NCBI GenBank assembly: GCA_965261025.1
Contig: OZ253438.1
Span: forward strand, 1,260,001-1,292,000
DNA: 32,000 nucleotides
From: Chlamydiales bacterium
Lineage (GTDB): Bacteria > Chlamydiota > Chlamydiia > Chlamydiales > SM23-39
Direction: 5' to 3'
The notes under the pieces were generated by a model. It saw only the letters and a program-made list of their open reading frames with translations, had not been told where the DNA came from and made no database searches. Below are positions 1 through 9,800 of the stretch, one piece after another (the first letter of the stretch is position 1; each line of letters starts with the position of its first letter). The position numbers and the translations under genes are program-made.

Positions 1-413
1 GTCTTTTGAATGCCCACCCTATAAAGGACCGCAGCTCTAATGCAAAAGTTTTTCAGCTTGTTATAGATCTTCTTAGGCAAGGGGAAAAAGTTCTTTTATT
101 TCCAGAAGGAGCCCGTTCTTGGAAAGGAAATTTACAGGAGCTACAGTCTGGAGTAGGGCTTTTAGCCTTTCGCACGCAGGCAACCATTGTCCCTGTATAC
201 GTAAAAGGAACTTATGAGGTTTGGAAAAGGGGACAAAAACTCCCCAAATTTTTGGGAAAAGTTTTTTGTGTATTCGGGACTCCCTTGGTATGGAATTTTT
301 CTGAAAAAGAGGAGAAAAAGCAACAGATAGAGTCTTGTATGCTTCAACTAGAGAAGTCTTTAAGAAAACTGGAGAAATGGGGAAAAGGAGATAAAAAAAC
401 ACCCCCTCCCTAG
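1..413 (+). CDS. PlsC-family lysophospholipid acyltransferase, C-terminal part (5' end outside window)
   Basis: The frame is open from the window edge (phase 3) to TAG at 411-413. 'LLFPEGARSWKG' matches the FPEGTRS acyltransferase block, and 'IVPVYVKG' matches the following conserved block. Confidence 0.7.
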   Translation, partial: LLNAHPIKDRSSNAKVFQLVIDLLRQGEKVLLFPEGARSWKGNLQELQSGVGLLAFRTQATIVPVYVKGTYEVWKRGQKLPKFLGKVFCVFGTPLVWNFSEKEEKKQQIESCMLQLEKSLRKLEKWGKGDKKTPPP

Positions 414-466
414 GAAAAAAAGAGAGAAGGATATAGACTGGGGAGGTTTTTAGTAAAAAAGCTTAT

Positions 467-793
467 ATGAGGAAAGATATGCTTCAACTAACCGAGGAAA
501 CTTTTTCTTCTTCTATTCAAGAAGGAACTACCTTAGTCGATTTTTATGCAGACTGGTGTGGTCCTTGTAGGATGATGGCCCCTATTTTAGAGGAGCTTTC
601 TGAGGAGATGAAACAGGAAGCGAAAATAGCAAAGCTAGATATAGATGCTAACCAAAAAGTGGCATCGCAATTTAAGATAACTTCCATTCCCACATTGGTT
701 TTATTTAAACAAGGAAAAGAAGTGGGGAGAGTGGTAGGACTAAAGGATAGAGAAGCTATCGTAGAGTTTATCCAAAAAGGAAAAACCGCATGA
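467..793 (+). CDS. trxA: Thioredoxin
   Basis: 108 aa with the canonical 'DFYADWCGPCRMMAP' active site (WCGPC) and 'SIPTLVLFKQGKEV'. Length is typical. A purine-rich stretch lies upstream. An alternative ATG at 479 is possible. Confidence 0.93.
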   Translation: MRKDMLQLTEETFSSSIQEGTTLVDFYADWCGPCRMMAPILEELSEEMKQEAKIAKLDIDANQKVASQFKITSIPTLVLFKQGKEVGRVVGLKDREAIVEFIQKGKTA

Positions 794-1008
794 AGTTTTT
801 GCGGAGAGTTTTCTTTTGGGGAGTTCTTCTTACTATTTTGGGTAGTGTTTTTCTTCATTATCATTATCAGATCCCCTGGATTAGTTCTTGGTTTGGCTCT
901 TTGCCAGGAGACGTAGTCGTCATGAAGGGGACAGTAGCCATTTCTTTGCCCGTGGTTTCTGCCTTTGTTTTAAGTTTTTTCTTTGTTCTTTTGCTTTTTT
1001 TATTTTAG
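790..1008 (+). CDS. Small two-TM membrane protein, DUF2905-like
   Basis: 72 aa with two hydrophobic segments around 'GSLPGDVVVMKG', which resembles the LPGDI motif of DUF2905 proteins. The start overlaps the trxA stop (ATGA at 790-793), suggesting translational coupling. Confidence 0.5.
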   Translation: MKFLRRVFFWGVLLTILGSVFLHYHYQIPWISSWFGSLPGDVVVMKGTVAISLPVVSAFVLSFFFVLLLFLF

Positions 1009-1458
1009 CTGAAAGGAACCAAAAAGCTGTCTGGCCATTTCATAGGCGCCAATTGCTACGCTGTTGGCTAGGTTTAGACAGCGGATATTTTCTTTCATCG
1101 GAATTTTTACAAATTGGGAAGGCCATCTTAAATGAAAATCTGGGAGAAGGCCTGTTTCTTCGTTACCAAAAATTAAAGCACTATCTTTTGGATAGGAAAC
1201 GGAGAAGAAGTTTTGGCAAGCTTTAGAAGAAAAAAAATAGAAAGGAAAAGTTGCCTTTTCTAAATAACAAGAAAGATCTTCGATTTCTTCTATTTTTATC
1301 TTATCTCGGTAATCTAATTGCGCTCTTCTAAGTCTTCTTTCGCAGAGAGAAAATCCGAGAGGATGGACTAAAATAAGCTTCGCCCCCAGAGCAGCGCAAG
1401 TTCTTATGATATTTCCTGTATTTTGGGGTATTAAGGGTCTAAAAAGGATAATCTTCAT
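1000..1458 (-). CDS. trmL: tRNA (cytidine/uridine-2'-O)-methyltransferase, SpoU/TrmL (YibK) family
   Basis: 152 aa. 'MKIILFRPLIPQNTGNIIRTCAALGAKLILVHPLGF' and 'ALIFGNEETGL...IPM...RCLNLANSVAI' match the SpoU-TrmH knot motifs. The start overlaps the aspS stop by 4 nt. Confidence 0.85.
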   Translation of the reverse strand: MKIILFRPLIPQNTGNIIRTCAALGAKLILVHPLGFSLCERRLRRAQLDYRDKIKIEEIEDLSCYLEKATFPFYFFSSKACQNFFSVSYPKDSALIFGNEETGLLPDFHLRWPSQFVKIPMKENIRCLNLANSVAIGAYEMARQLFGSFQLK

Positions 1459-3218
1459 TTATCTTGTAACAAATGGAGTTCTTTAAGAAGACCCTGATCT
1501 GCTTGAGAAGGAGCTTGCAGCATTAGATCACTTGCTTTTTGCGTTTTAGGAAAAGCCACTACATCGCGAATATTTTCCGTAGCAGAAAGGATCATAATCA
1601 ATCTTTCTACTCCCAAGGCAATTCCCAAATGAGGAGGGGTTCCAAACTTTAAAGCATCTAAAAAAAAGCCAAACTTTTTCCTTATCTCCTCTTCACAGAG
1701 CCCTAAAAGGGAGAAGATTTTCTTTTGAACAGTGCTGTCGTGAATTCTTTGGGAACCTGAAGCAATTTCATATCCATTCAGAACCAAATCATAGGCGTGG
1801 GACCGCACTTTTAAAGGGTTTTGAAAAAGAAGGTCTTTATCTTCTTCGTGAGGAGAAGTAAAGGGGTGGTGTTCTGTTTGTAACATTCCTTCTTCCTCTT
1901 TGAATAAAGGAAAATCAGTGACCCAGGTAAAGGCATAGGTATTAGGATCTACTAGTCCTTGTTCTTTAGCAATTTTTCTTCTAAGCTGATCTAAAGCAAG
2001 ATGTAAAATGGGCTCTTGTCCTCCCCCTATTAAAACTAAATCACCCTGCTTTGCCTGCATTTTTCTCTCTATTTGCTGTAGTCCTTTTTCATCAAAGAAT
2101 TTTGTTATATTAGACTGCCAACCTTCTGCAGTTTTCTTCATCCAAGCAAGTCCTTTTAGGCCAAGAGGAGCTACAAAACGGGCGAATTCTTCTATTTGTT
2201 TTCGAGAAAGATCTCCTGCCTTTGAAACAAGAAGGGCTTTTATGCTTCCCTGATTTTCTAAGATTTCTTTCAAAAGGGAAAACTGCGACTGTTTTACCAC
2301 CTCATCTAGTCTTACAAGGGGCATGCCAAAGCGAAGATCTGGTTTATCAGTGCCATATTTTTCTATCACTTCATGGTAGCCAAGGCGCGAGAAGGGAACC
2401 TCTATTTTTATTCCAAGGCAAGTGAGAAATATTTTTTGTATTAGGTTTTCTACGAGAAAAAAGAGATCCTCTAAAGGGGTAAAACTCATTTCTATGTCGA
2501 TCTGAGAAAATTCAGGTTGTCTATCTGCTCTTAAGTCTTCATCACGAAAGCACGAGGCTATTTGGAAATACCGATCCATCCCTGCAATCATTAAAAGCTG
2601 TTTAAAAAGCTGAGGAGATTGAGGTAAAGCGTAAAAAGTTCCCGGATAAATACGAGAAGGAACCAAATAATCCCTTGCTCCTTCTGGAGTAGTTTTTGCT
2701 AAGATAGGAGTAGAAATTTCTAAAAACTGCCGATCACTTAGGAAATTTCTTACACAAAGAAGGGCTTGATGTCTTATTTGTAGGGTTTGCTGTAACTTCT
2801 TTCTCCTAAGATCTAGAAACCGGTACTTTAAACGGAGCTCTTCACTTGCTAAAGGATCTTTTTCGGTTAGGGAAAAAGGAGGTGTTTCAGAACAAGAAAG
2901 GACATAAAGGGTTTCTACCTCTACTTCAATCTCTCCTGTTTTTAGTTCCTTGTTTTCTAACCCCTTTCCACGAGACTTTACTATTCCATGTACAGAGATA
3001 ACCCATTCAGAACGGAGTTTTTCTGCTTCTTCATGCGCTTTTTTTGCTATCTTGGGATCAAAAAGTACTTGGGTCACTCCATAGCGATCTCTTAAATCTA
3101 CAAAAATGAGTCCACCATGATCTCTTCTTTTATGGACCCAGCCAGATAAGACAACTCTTTTTTGGATATGCTCTTTTCGAAGATCTCCACAAGTGTGTGT
3201 TCTCTTATATTCCCTCAT
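1455..3218 (-). CDS. aspS: Aspartyl-tRNA synthetase (class IIb)
   Basis: 587 aa. Includes the OB-fold N-terminus 'VVLSGWVHKRRDHGGLIFVDLRDRYG', 'FYALPQSPQLFKQLLM', motif 2 'YFQIASCFRDEDLRADRQPEFSQID' and motif 3 'PPHLGIALGVERL'. Confidence 0.97.
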   Translation of the reverse strand: MREYKRTHTCGDLRKEHIQKRVVLSGWVHKRRDHGGLIFVDLRDRYGVTQVLFDPKIAKKAHEEAEKLRSEWVISVHGIVKSRGKGLENKELKTGEIEVEVETLYVLSCSETPPFSLTEKDPLASEELRLKYRFLDLRRKKLQQTLQIRHQALLCVRNFLSDRQFLEISTPILAKTTPEGARDYLVPSRIYPGTFYALPQSPQLFKQLLMIAGMDRYFQIASCFRDEDLRADRQPEFSQIDIEMSFTPLEDLFFLVENLIQKIFLTCLGIKIEVPFSRLGYHEVIEKYGTDKPDLRFGMPLVRLDEVVKQSQFSLLKEILENQGSIKALLVSKAGDLSRKQIEEFARFVAPLGLKGLAWMKKTAEGWQSNITKFFDEKGLQQIERKMQAKQGDLVLIGGGQEPILHLALDQLRRKIAKEQGLVDPNTYAFTWVTDFPLFKEEEGMLQTEHHPFTSPHEEDKDLLFQNPLKVRSHAYDLVLNGYEIASGSQRIHDSTVQKKIFSLLGLCEEEIRKKFGFFLDALKFGTPPHLGIALGVERLIMILSATENIRDVVAFPKTQKASDLMLQAPSQADQGLLKELHLLQDK

Positions 3219-4501
3219 GATGAGTCCCTAGAAAAAAAGGTTAAGAAATCAAGCTGGGAAAGCTCTTTTTCTTGATTTTGCAGCATGTCCTTTAGTTGAA
3301 CTGTCTTTTGAGAAAGTTCTTTTTCTCCCAAAATAGCTACATAAGGGATCTTTTGAGAACTAGCGTAGGAGAGGGCTTGTTTTAACTTTTGAAAGCTAAA
3401 GTCCAAAGAACAAGAGATTTTTTTCCTGCGAAGCTGAGCAGCTAAACAGAGAGCCTGCCCCTTTGCCTTTTCTCCGAGGGGGACAAAAAATAGCGAGCAG
3501 GGAGGCTTTTGTTTGGGAAGGAGATCTTCTTGAACCAGTAGGGCCTGTAAAACCCTTTCTAGCCCGGTTCCAAAACCAATTCCTGGTAAAGATTCCCCCC
3601 CAAAAGAAGCGGTAAATCCATCATATCTTCCTCCTCCTCCTAAAGCATTCTGAGCGCCCAATTCTTTAGAGGTAACTTCAAAAACTGTATGGTTATAGTA
3701 GTCTAGCCCCCGCACAATTTTCGGGTTCACCGTATAGGCAATTCCCAGGGCATCTAACAGAGAAAGAAGCGTGTTAAAACGGCTTTTAGAAGGGTAATTT
3801 AAAAAGTCCAGAAAGGAGGGTGCCTTTTTCAGAAGGTGTTTATCTTCTTCTTCTTTAGAATCCAAAATCCGCAAAGGATTTTTTTCAAAACGGATTTTAC
3901 TTTGAGCAGAAAGACTAGTAAGATGAGGTCTTAGAAAATCTTGCAGAGCCTGTTTATAGGCCTGTTTAGAAGGAAGGTCTCCCACTGAATTCAGGTTCAC
4001 TTGGATATCTCGTAGCTGGAGTCTAGTGTAAAACTGTACCATCATATCGATAATTTCTGCATCTTGCTCTACTTCAAAAGTTCCCAAAACTTCTACTCCA
4101 AACTGGTGGTGTTGTCTATACCGACCTGCTTGAGGTCTTTCGTAGCGAAACATAGGTGCTATATAAAATAGTTTGTGAATCTTTTTCAGCGGGGCTAAAT
4201 TTTTTTCTACAAAGGCCCTCAATACAGAAGAAGTTCCTTCAGGTCTTAAAGCAAGAAGCCTTTTTTTGCGATCTTCAAAAAGGTACATCTCCTTACTGAC
4301 AATATCAGAGGTAGCTCCTACTCCTTTGAAGAACACTTCTGCCTTTTCAAAGACAGGGGTTCTAATCTCTTGAAATCCATAACCATAAGCAACAGAGCGA
4401 ATCACCTCTTCCAAATAAAGCCAGTAATTCATGCTTTGCCATTTCAAGGGATAGCCATAAGGGAGGATATCAAATAGTCCTTTAGGAATCGATTCTTTCA
4501 T
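3215..4501 (-). CDS. hisS: Histidyl-tRNA synthetase
   Basis: 428 aa. 'LRPEGTSSVLRAF', 'YIAPMFRYERPQAGRYRQHHQFGVEVLG', 'GGGRYDG' and 'GFGTGLERV' are the class IIa HisRS motifs. A 4-nt overlap couples it to aspS. Confidence 0.96.
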   Translation of the reverse strand: MKESIPKGLFDILPYGYPLKWQSMNYWLYLEEVIRSVAYGYGFQEIRTPVFEKAEVFFKGVGATSDIVSKEMYLFEDRKKRLLALRPEGTSSVLRAFVEKNLAPLKKIHKLFYIAPMFRYERPQAGRYRQHHQFGVEVLGTFEVEQDAEIIDMMVQFYTRLQLRDIQVNLNSVGDLPSKQAYKQALQDFLRPHLTSLSAQSKIRFEKNPLRILDSKEEEDKHLLKKAPSFLDFLNYPSKSRFNTLLSLLDALGIAYTVNPKIVRGLDYYNHTVFEVTSKELGAQNALGGGGRYDGFTASFGGESLPGIGFGTGLERVLQALLVQEDLLPKQKPPCSLFFVPLGEKAKGQALCLAAQLRRKKISCSLDFSFQKLKQALSYASSQKIPYVAILGEKELSQKTVQLKDMLQNQEKELSQLDFLTFFSRDSS

Positions 4502-4575
4502 AGTCTTTTTTCAAAAAAGCAGTGACGGGTTTATTTTGGCAGAACAGAAGAGGAAAGGGAAGGAGATTTTTCTTT

Positions 4576-5205
4576 CTAAGGGGTTTCTTGTTGTTTTAAA
4601 GTGGAAAAGAAAGAAAGAAAATCTCGTACTTGGGAAGACCAGTTTTCCAAGTGGCTTCCTTCTGGGTTTTTTACATATTCCTGGTGAAGCTTTTGTAAAA
4701 GGGCGATAAAGGGAAAAGGAAGCCATTTTTCTCCTGTGTATTCAGAAAGATAATAACCTAAAGGGTGCTCTTCTTCCTTAGGAAAGAGGTGAACCTGTTC
4801 AATAAAAGAGGTTAGCTTTTCATAAAGAATAGGAAATTTTTTAAAGTAAGGAACGTCTTCTAAAAATTGACGCCAAAGAAAAGAAAAATTTTGTAAAAGA
4901 GAGGAATCTTCATAGGTTTCTTCCCTTTTCATTTTCTGAAAACAGGCAAGGAGCTTTTGTAGGTTTTCTATTTTACTTTCCATAAGAAGATCTACGGAAG
5001 GTTTTTTGGGAGGAAAAAGAGAGCGAAACATTTTGGTAAAAAAGAGAAAAAAAGCGTTTTGAAAAAAAGTTTTCTCTCTTTGTTTTTTGGAAGAAGGAGC
5101 GGAAGATCTTTTAGGATCAAATCGTTCTGCCTCTATTTTTTCTACCCGGTAGTTTTCATAAGGATCTTTCGGTTTATTTCCTCCTGTTCCTGAGATGTTA
5201 GACAT
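4576..5205 (-). CDS. Hypothetical protein (no recognisable domain)
   Basis: 209-aa ORF occupying the gap between hisS and uhpC. It has a polar Gly/Lys/Pro-rich N-terminus, one Phe-rich hydrophobic stretch ('FFQNAFFLFFTKMF') and a helical-looking C-terminal half. The other frames here give only a 71-aa low-complexity ORF. Confidence 0.5.
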   Translation of the reverse strand: MSNISGTGGNKPKDPYENYRVEKIEAERFDPKRSSAPSSKKQREKTFFQNAFFLFFTKMFRSLFPPKKPSVDLLMESKIENLQKLLACFQKMKREETYEDSSLLQNFSFLWRQFLEDVPYFKKFPILYEKLTSFIEQVHLFPKEEEHPLGYYLSEYTGEKWLPFPFIALLQKLHQEYVKNPEGSHLENWSSQVRDFLSFFSTLKQQETP

Positions 5206-5399
5206 AAACGACTCTTTTTTTGTATAAAAGAACTATGTTTTGAGGTTAGGCTCCCTTTCTTTTTCTTGTAAGCAAAGGGAAGAAAAAACTCTAGAGAATC
5301 TCTCTTTTTTTCCAAAAATGCGGGATAATGGAAAGGAGTGAGTGGGATCTGTCAACTTAAGAACAAGAGCCTTTTTAAGAAGTAATTGGGGAAGTTTTT

Positions 5400-6743
5400 G
5401 TGAGGAAATTGTTTTGGCCGAATTTTTTAAAGCCTGCTCCTTTTCGTAAGGAAATACAAGATCCTGAAGTAGTAAAAAAATCCTACCGCTATTGGAGATT
5501 TCGGATTTTTTATGGGATGTACATCGGCTACGCCCTGTACTATTTTACTAGGAAGAGTTTTACTTTTGCTATTGCTTCTATGAGTCTTGATCTGGGTTTT
5601 TCAAAAGCTCAACTGGGAATCATTGCAAGTATTCTTTCTTTAACCTATGGGGTTAGTAAATTTATTAGTGGAATTTTAGGGGATAAATCAAATCCGCGTT
5701 ACTTTATGTCAATAGGTTTGATTTTGACAGGTATGTTTAATATTTTATTCGGATTTTCCTCTTCTCTTTACTGGTTTGCTCTATTTTGGGGGTTAAATGG
5801 TTGGTTTCAAGGATGGGGTTGGCCTGGTTGTGCTAAGCTTTTGACTCACTGGTATTCTCATTCAGAAAGAGGTACTTGGTGGGGTCTTTGGAATACCTCT
5901 CATAATCTGGGAGGGGCTTTAATTATTCTTTTAGCCACTTGGTGTACTCAAAAGTATGGGTGGCGCTATGCTATGTATGTTCCCGGAACGCTTTGTATCG
6001 GAGCCGGCTTTTTTTTGATGAATCGTCTTAGGGATACTCCTCAATCCTTAGGACTCCCTATTATTGAAAAATTTCGAGACGATTATCTCAACAAGGAAGA
6101 TAAAGAAAGCAAAGAAAGGTCTCAGCTTTCTGTGAAGAGGATATTGTGGGATTACGTTCTTTCCAATCGCTATATTTGGATTTTGGCTTTTTCTTACTTT
6201 TTTGTTTATGTGATTCGCACGGCATTAAATGATTGGAGCCTTCTTTTCTTTGTTGAAGCAAAAGGATATACGCAGTTTGAGGCGGGAAAATGTATCACTT
6301 TCTTCGAAATAGGCGGATTTTGTGGGGGGCTTGCTGCGGGGTGGTCTTCGGATAGAATTTTTCGAAGTAAGAGGAACCCCATCAACGTCTTATTTATTTT
6401 GGGTTCTTTAGCTTCTATTTTAGCGGTCTGGTTTGCAACAGGATTTCACTGGGCTTTGGATTATTTTTTCGTGTTTTCAGCCGGATTTTTTATCTTTGGG
6501 CCTCAGATGTTAATTGGAGTTGCTTGCGCGGAACTTTCCCATAAAAAAGCAGCGGCAACAGCTACAGGATTTGCGGGGACTTTTGGTTATCTAGGAGCGG
6601 CAGCAGCAGGGTATCCTTTAGGATATCTTACCACGCGGTTGGGTTGGGAAGGGTATTACATGGTTCTAGCCTTTTGTGCTGTTTGTGCTACTTTACTTTT
6701 AGTCCCTCTTTGGTCGGTAAAAACGCATCCTAGAAATCAGTAA
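5400..6743 (+). CDS. uhpC: Hexose-phosphate transporter/sensor UhpC-type MFS protein
   Basis: 447 aa with about 12 hydrophobic segments. 'YRYWRFRIFYGMYIGYALYYFTRKSF', 'GDKSNPRYFM' and 'GWFQGWGWPGCAKLLTHWYSHSERGTWWGLWNTSHNLGG' are typical of the organophosphate:Pi antiporter (UhpT/UhpC/GlpT) family. GTG start. Confidence 0.9.
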   Translation: MRKLFWPNFLKPAPFRKEIQDPEVVKKSYRYWRFRIFYGMYIGYALYYFTRKSFTFAIASMSLDLGFSKAQLGIIASILSLTYGVSKFISGILGDKSNPRYFMSIGLILTGMFNILFGFSSSLYWFALFWGLNGWFQGWGWPGCAKLLTHWYSHSERGTWWGLWNTSHNLGGALIILLATWCTQKYGWRYAMYVPGTLCIGAGFFLMNRLRDTPQSLGLPIIEKFRDDYLNKEDKESKERSQLSVKRILWDYVLSNRYIWILAFSYFFVYVIRTALNDWSLLFFVEAKGYTQFEAGKCITFFEIGGFCGGLAAGWSSDRIFRSKRNPINVLFILGSLASILAVWFATGFHWALDYFFVFSAGFFIFGPQMLIGVACAELSHKKAAATATGFAGTFGYLGAAAAGYPLGYLTTRLGWEGYYMVLAFCAVCATLLLVPLWSVKTHPRNQ

Positions 6744-6754
6744 AATCCGTTTGG

Positions 6755-6790
6755 CTCCTTCCTCGGAAGGGGAAAAATCGGTTGATTTTT
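6755..6790 (+). terminator. Candidate hairpins after uhpC
   Basis: GC-rich stem CTCCTTC/GAAGGGG (6755-6772, CTCG loop), then an AAAAATC-GGTT-GATTTTT hairpin ending in a T run (6773-6790). The geometry is not canonical, because the T run is separated from the GC stem. Confidence 0.3.
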
Positions 6791-6818
6791 TGCTTTGCTT
6801 GTCTCATCCTTGGCTCAA

Positions 6819-9800
6819 ATGGCTTGCTACGTTCCTTTACATGTTCACTCCCAGTATTCGATTTTAGACTCTACCGCCTCCATCGAAAAATTGATAAAGA
6901 AAGCAAAACAGTTTGATATCTCTTCGTTGGCTCTTACAGATAAAGGCAACTTATTTGGAGCTGTGGAGTTTTTCAAGACAGCAAAAAAAGAGAAGATCAG
7001 GCCTATCTTAGGCTGTGAGTTATGGGTTGCCTCTGAGGGAAGACATAAAAAAAAGAAAGAACCAGGGATTCCAGTGGCTTTTCCTCTTCTTTTTTTAGCC
7101 ATGAATGAAATAGGGTACCATAATCTTTGTAAGCTTTCTTCCTTGGGCTATTTAGAAGGGTTTTACTACTATCCTAGGGTAGATAAGGAGCTTTTACAAA
7201 AATATCAAGAAGGGCTTTTGTGTCTTACAGGATCAATGCTTTCTCCTTTTTCTTACTACATTCGGAGAAATAAGGAAGATCTTTTTGAAAAAGAGATGGC
7301 TTGGTATGAGGAGGTGTTTCAAGATAGGCTTTATCTTCTTCTTCAAAGGAGCTCTTTTGATACGGAAGAATTTTCGCAAGAAAGCTGGCTTTTGCAAAAA
7401 GCACAAGAATACAGAGCTGATTTAAAAAAGGTGGAAGCTACCCTCACAGCTTATGCAAAGAAAAAAAAGCTTCCCCTGGCAGCTAGTAATGAGATTCATT
7501 ATCTAGAAAAGCAGGATTGGAAAGCTCATGAGATTTTATTGAATGTCTCTTCTGGGGAAACGGTAGAAATCTGGGAAAGGGATTCTAAGGGAAATATCAA
7601 AAGCAGGTCTCCCAATCCTAAAAGGAAGGTACTTGCTTCTAAAGAATTTTACTTTAAAAGCCCGGAAGAAATGAGGGCTATTTTCCCCGACCTTCCTGAG
7701 GCTTTAGAAAACACCCAAAAAATAGCACAAAGATGTGAGTTAGAACTCGATTTTCAGACAAAGCACTATCCGGTTTTTTTGCCACCTTCTTTACAAAAAA
7801 GGGAGTACACCAAAGAGGAAAAGGAAGAAGAGACAGCTCAATATTTATATCAGCTTTGTAAAGAGGGAATTTCCGAAAGGTATACAAAAGAGCGCTTAGA
7901 AAAGGTAGCAGAAAAATATCCTGAAAAAGATCCCTTAACAGTAGTAGAAGAAAGGCTTGAGTTGGAGTTTTCTATTATTGCTTCTAAGGGAATGTGCGAC
8001 TATATCCTCATCGTATATGATTTTATCTTTTGGGCGAAAAGTCACCACATTCCTGTAGGACCAGGGAGAGGATCGGCTGCAGGATCCATTGTTGCCTATC
8101 TTTTGGGGATTACAGATATAGAACCTTTGCGATTTCATCTGTTTTTTGAGCGTTTTATTAATCCAGAAAGGATTTCTTATCCTGACATTGACGTAGATAT
8201 TTGTATGGAAAGACGTCTTGAAGTGATTGAGTATACCATAAGAAAGTATGGGAAGGAAAAAGTGGCTCAGATCATTACTTTTGGAAAAATGAAAGCAAAA
8301 ATGGCGATTAAAGATGTAGGTAGAGTGCTCAATGTTGCTTTATCCAAGGTAAACCAAATAGCCAAGCTGGTTCCGGATGACTTACATATCACCTTAGAAA
8401 AAGCATTGGAAGTAGATCCAGAGCTCAAAAATCTTTATGAGACAGATGAAGAAGCTCACAAAGTTATTGACATGGCAAAAAAAACAGAAGGATCCATCCG
8501 AAATACCAGTACGCATGCTGCTGGATTGATTATCTCTGAAAAACCCATTGTGGAACATATCCCTGTTTGTATTGCGAAAGATGCGGATATGATTGTTACT
8601 CAGTATTCCATGAAACCGGTAGAAGCAGTAGGGATGCTAAAAATTGATTTTCTTGGGTTAAAGACATTGAGTTGTATACAAAAGTGCGTCGATCAAATAG
8701 AGAAGAAAAGGCAGGAAAAAATCGATATTTCCAATCTATCCTTGGAAGATCCTAACGCTTTTGCTCTTTTGACAGAAGGAAAAACCCTCGGAGTCTTCCA
8801 GGTAGAGTCGGCTGGAATGCAAGATCTTTTAACTCATCTAAGAATTGATTCTTTCGAAGAAATTATCGCGGTAGGGGCTTTATATCGCCCCGGACCTATG
8901 GATATGATTCCTTCTTTTATCAATCGAAAACACAAAAAAGAAGAAATTCAAATAGATCATCCTTGGATGAAAGAGATCTTAGAAGAGACCTATGGGGTTA
9001 TGGTCTATCAAGAGCAAGTAATGCAAATAGCTAACAAATTGGCAGGATATTCCCTAGGAGAAGGGGATGTGTTAAGAAAAGCAATGGGAAAAAAAGACAG
9101 AGAAGAGATGATCCGCCAAAGAAAGAAATTTATAGCGGGGTGTTTAGGGAAAGGGATTGAGGAGAAAACCGCCGAGTTGATTTTTGAAAAGATTGAGAAA
9201 TTTGCCTCCTATGGCTTTAACAAGTCTCACGCGGCAGCATATGCTTATCTCACCTATATAACGGCCTACTTAAAAGCAAACTATCCCAGCGAATGGATGG
9301 CTGCCTTAATGACCTGTGATGTAGACGATCTTTCTAAAATAGCTAAATTTATCGGAGAAGCAAAAAGCCTAGGGATCGCTATTTTGCCGCCTGATGTAAA
9401 TGAGTCAGGTAAAGATTTTGTAGCGACGGAGAAAGGGATTCGTTTTGCGATGGCAGGGATCAAGGGAGTAGGGTTATCTGTAGTAGAGGCTATTTTAGAG
9501 GAGAGAAAAAAAAGGGGAGCTTTTTCTTCTTTAGAAGATTTTATAAAAAGGGTGGACTCTTCTAAGATAGGCAAAAAATCCATAGAGGTTTTAATTAGAG
9601 CTGGATCCTTTGATTTTATGAGTTGGAACCGGGATGAGATTCGAGTTTTTCTAGAAGAAAATTATGAGAGAGGAATCCAGCAAAGAAGAGAAGAAGAGGA
9701 AGGAGTTTTGCATCTGTTTTCTCTTTTAGAAGAAAAAAAAGAGGAAAAAATGACTCCTCCTGAAGTAAGAGAAAAAACTTCTTCTATAGACATTTTACAC

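Noticed and set aside
6795-6818. TTG start for dnaE given by the ORF track
   Set aside because: ATG at 6819 gives the usual 'M..Y/F.PLHVHS' PHP-domain N-terminus. The upstream 8 codons overlap the hairpin and T-run after uhpC.
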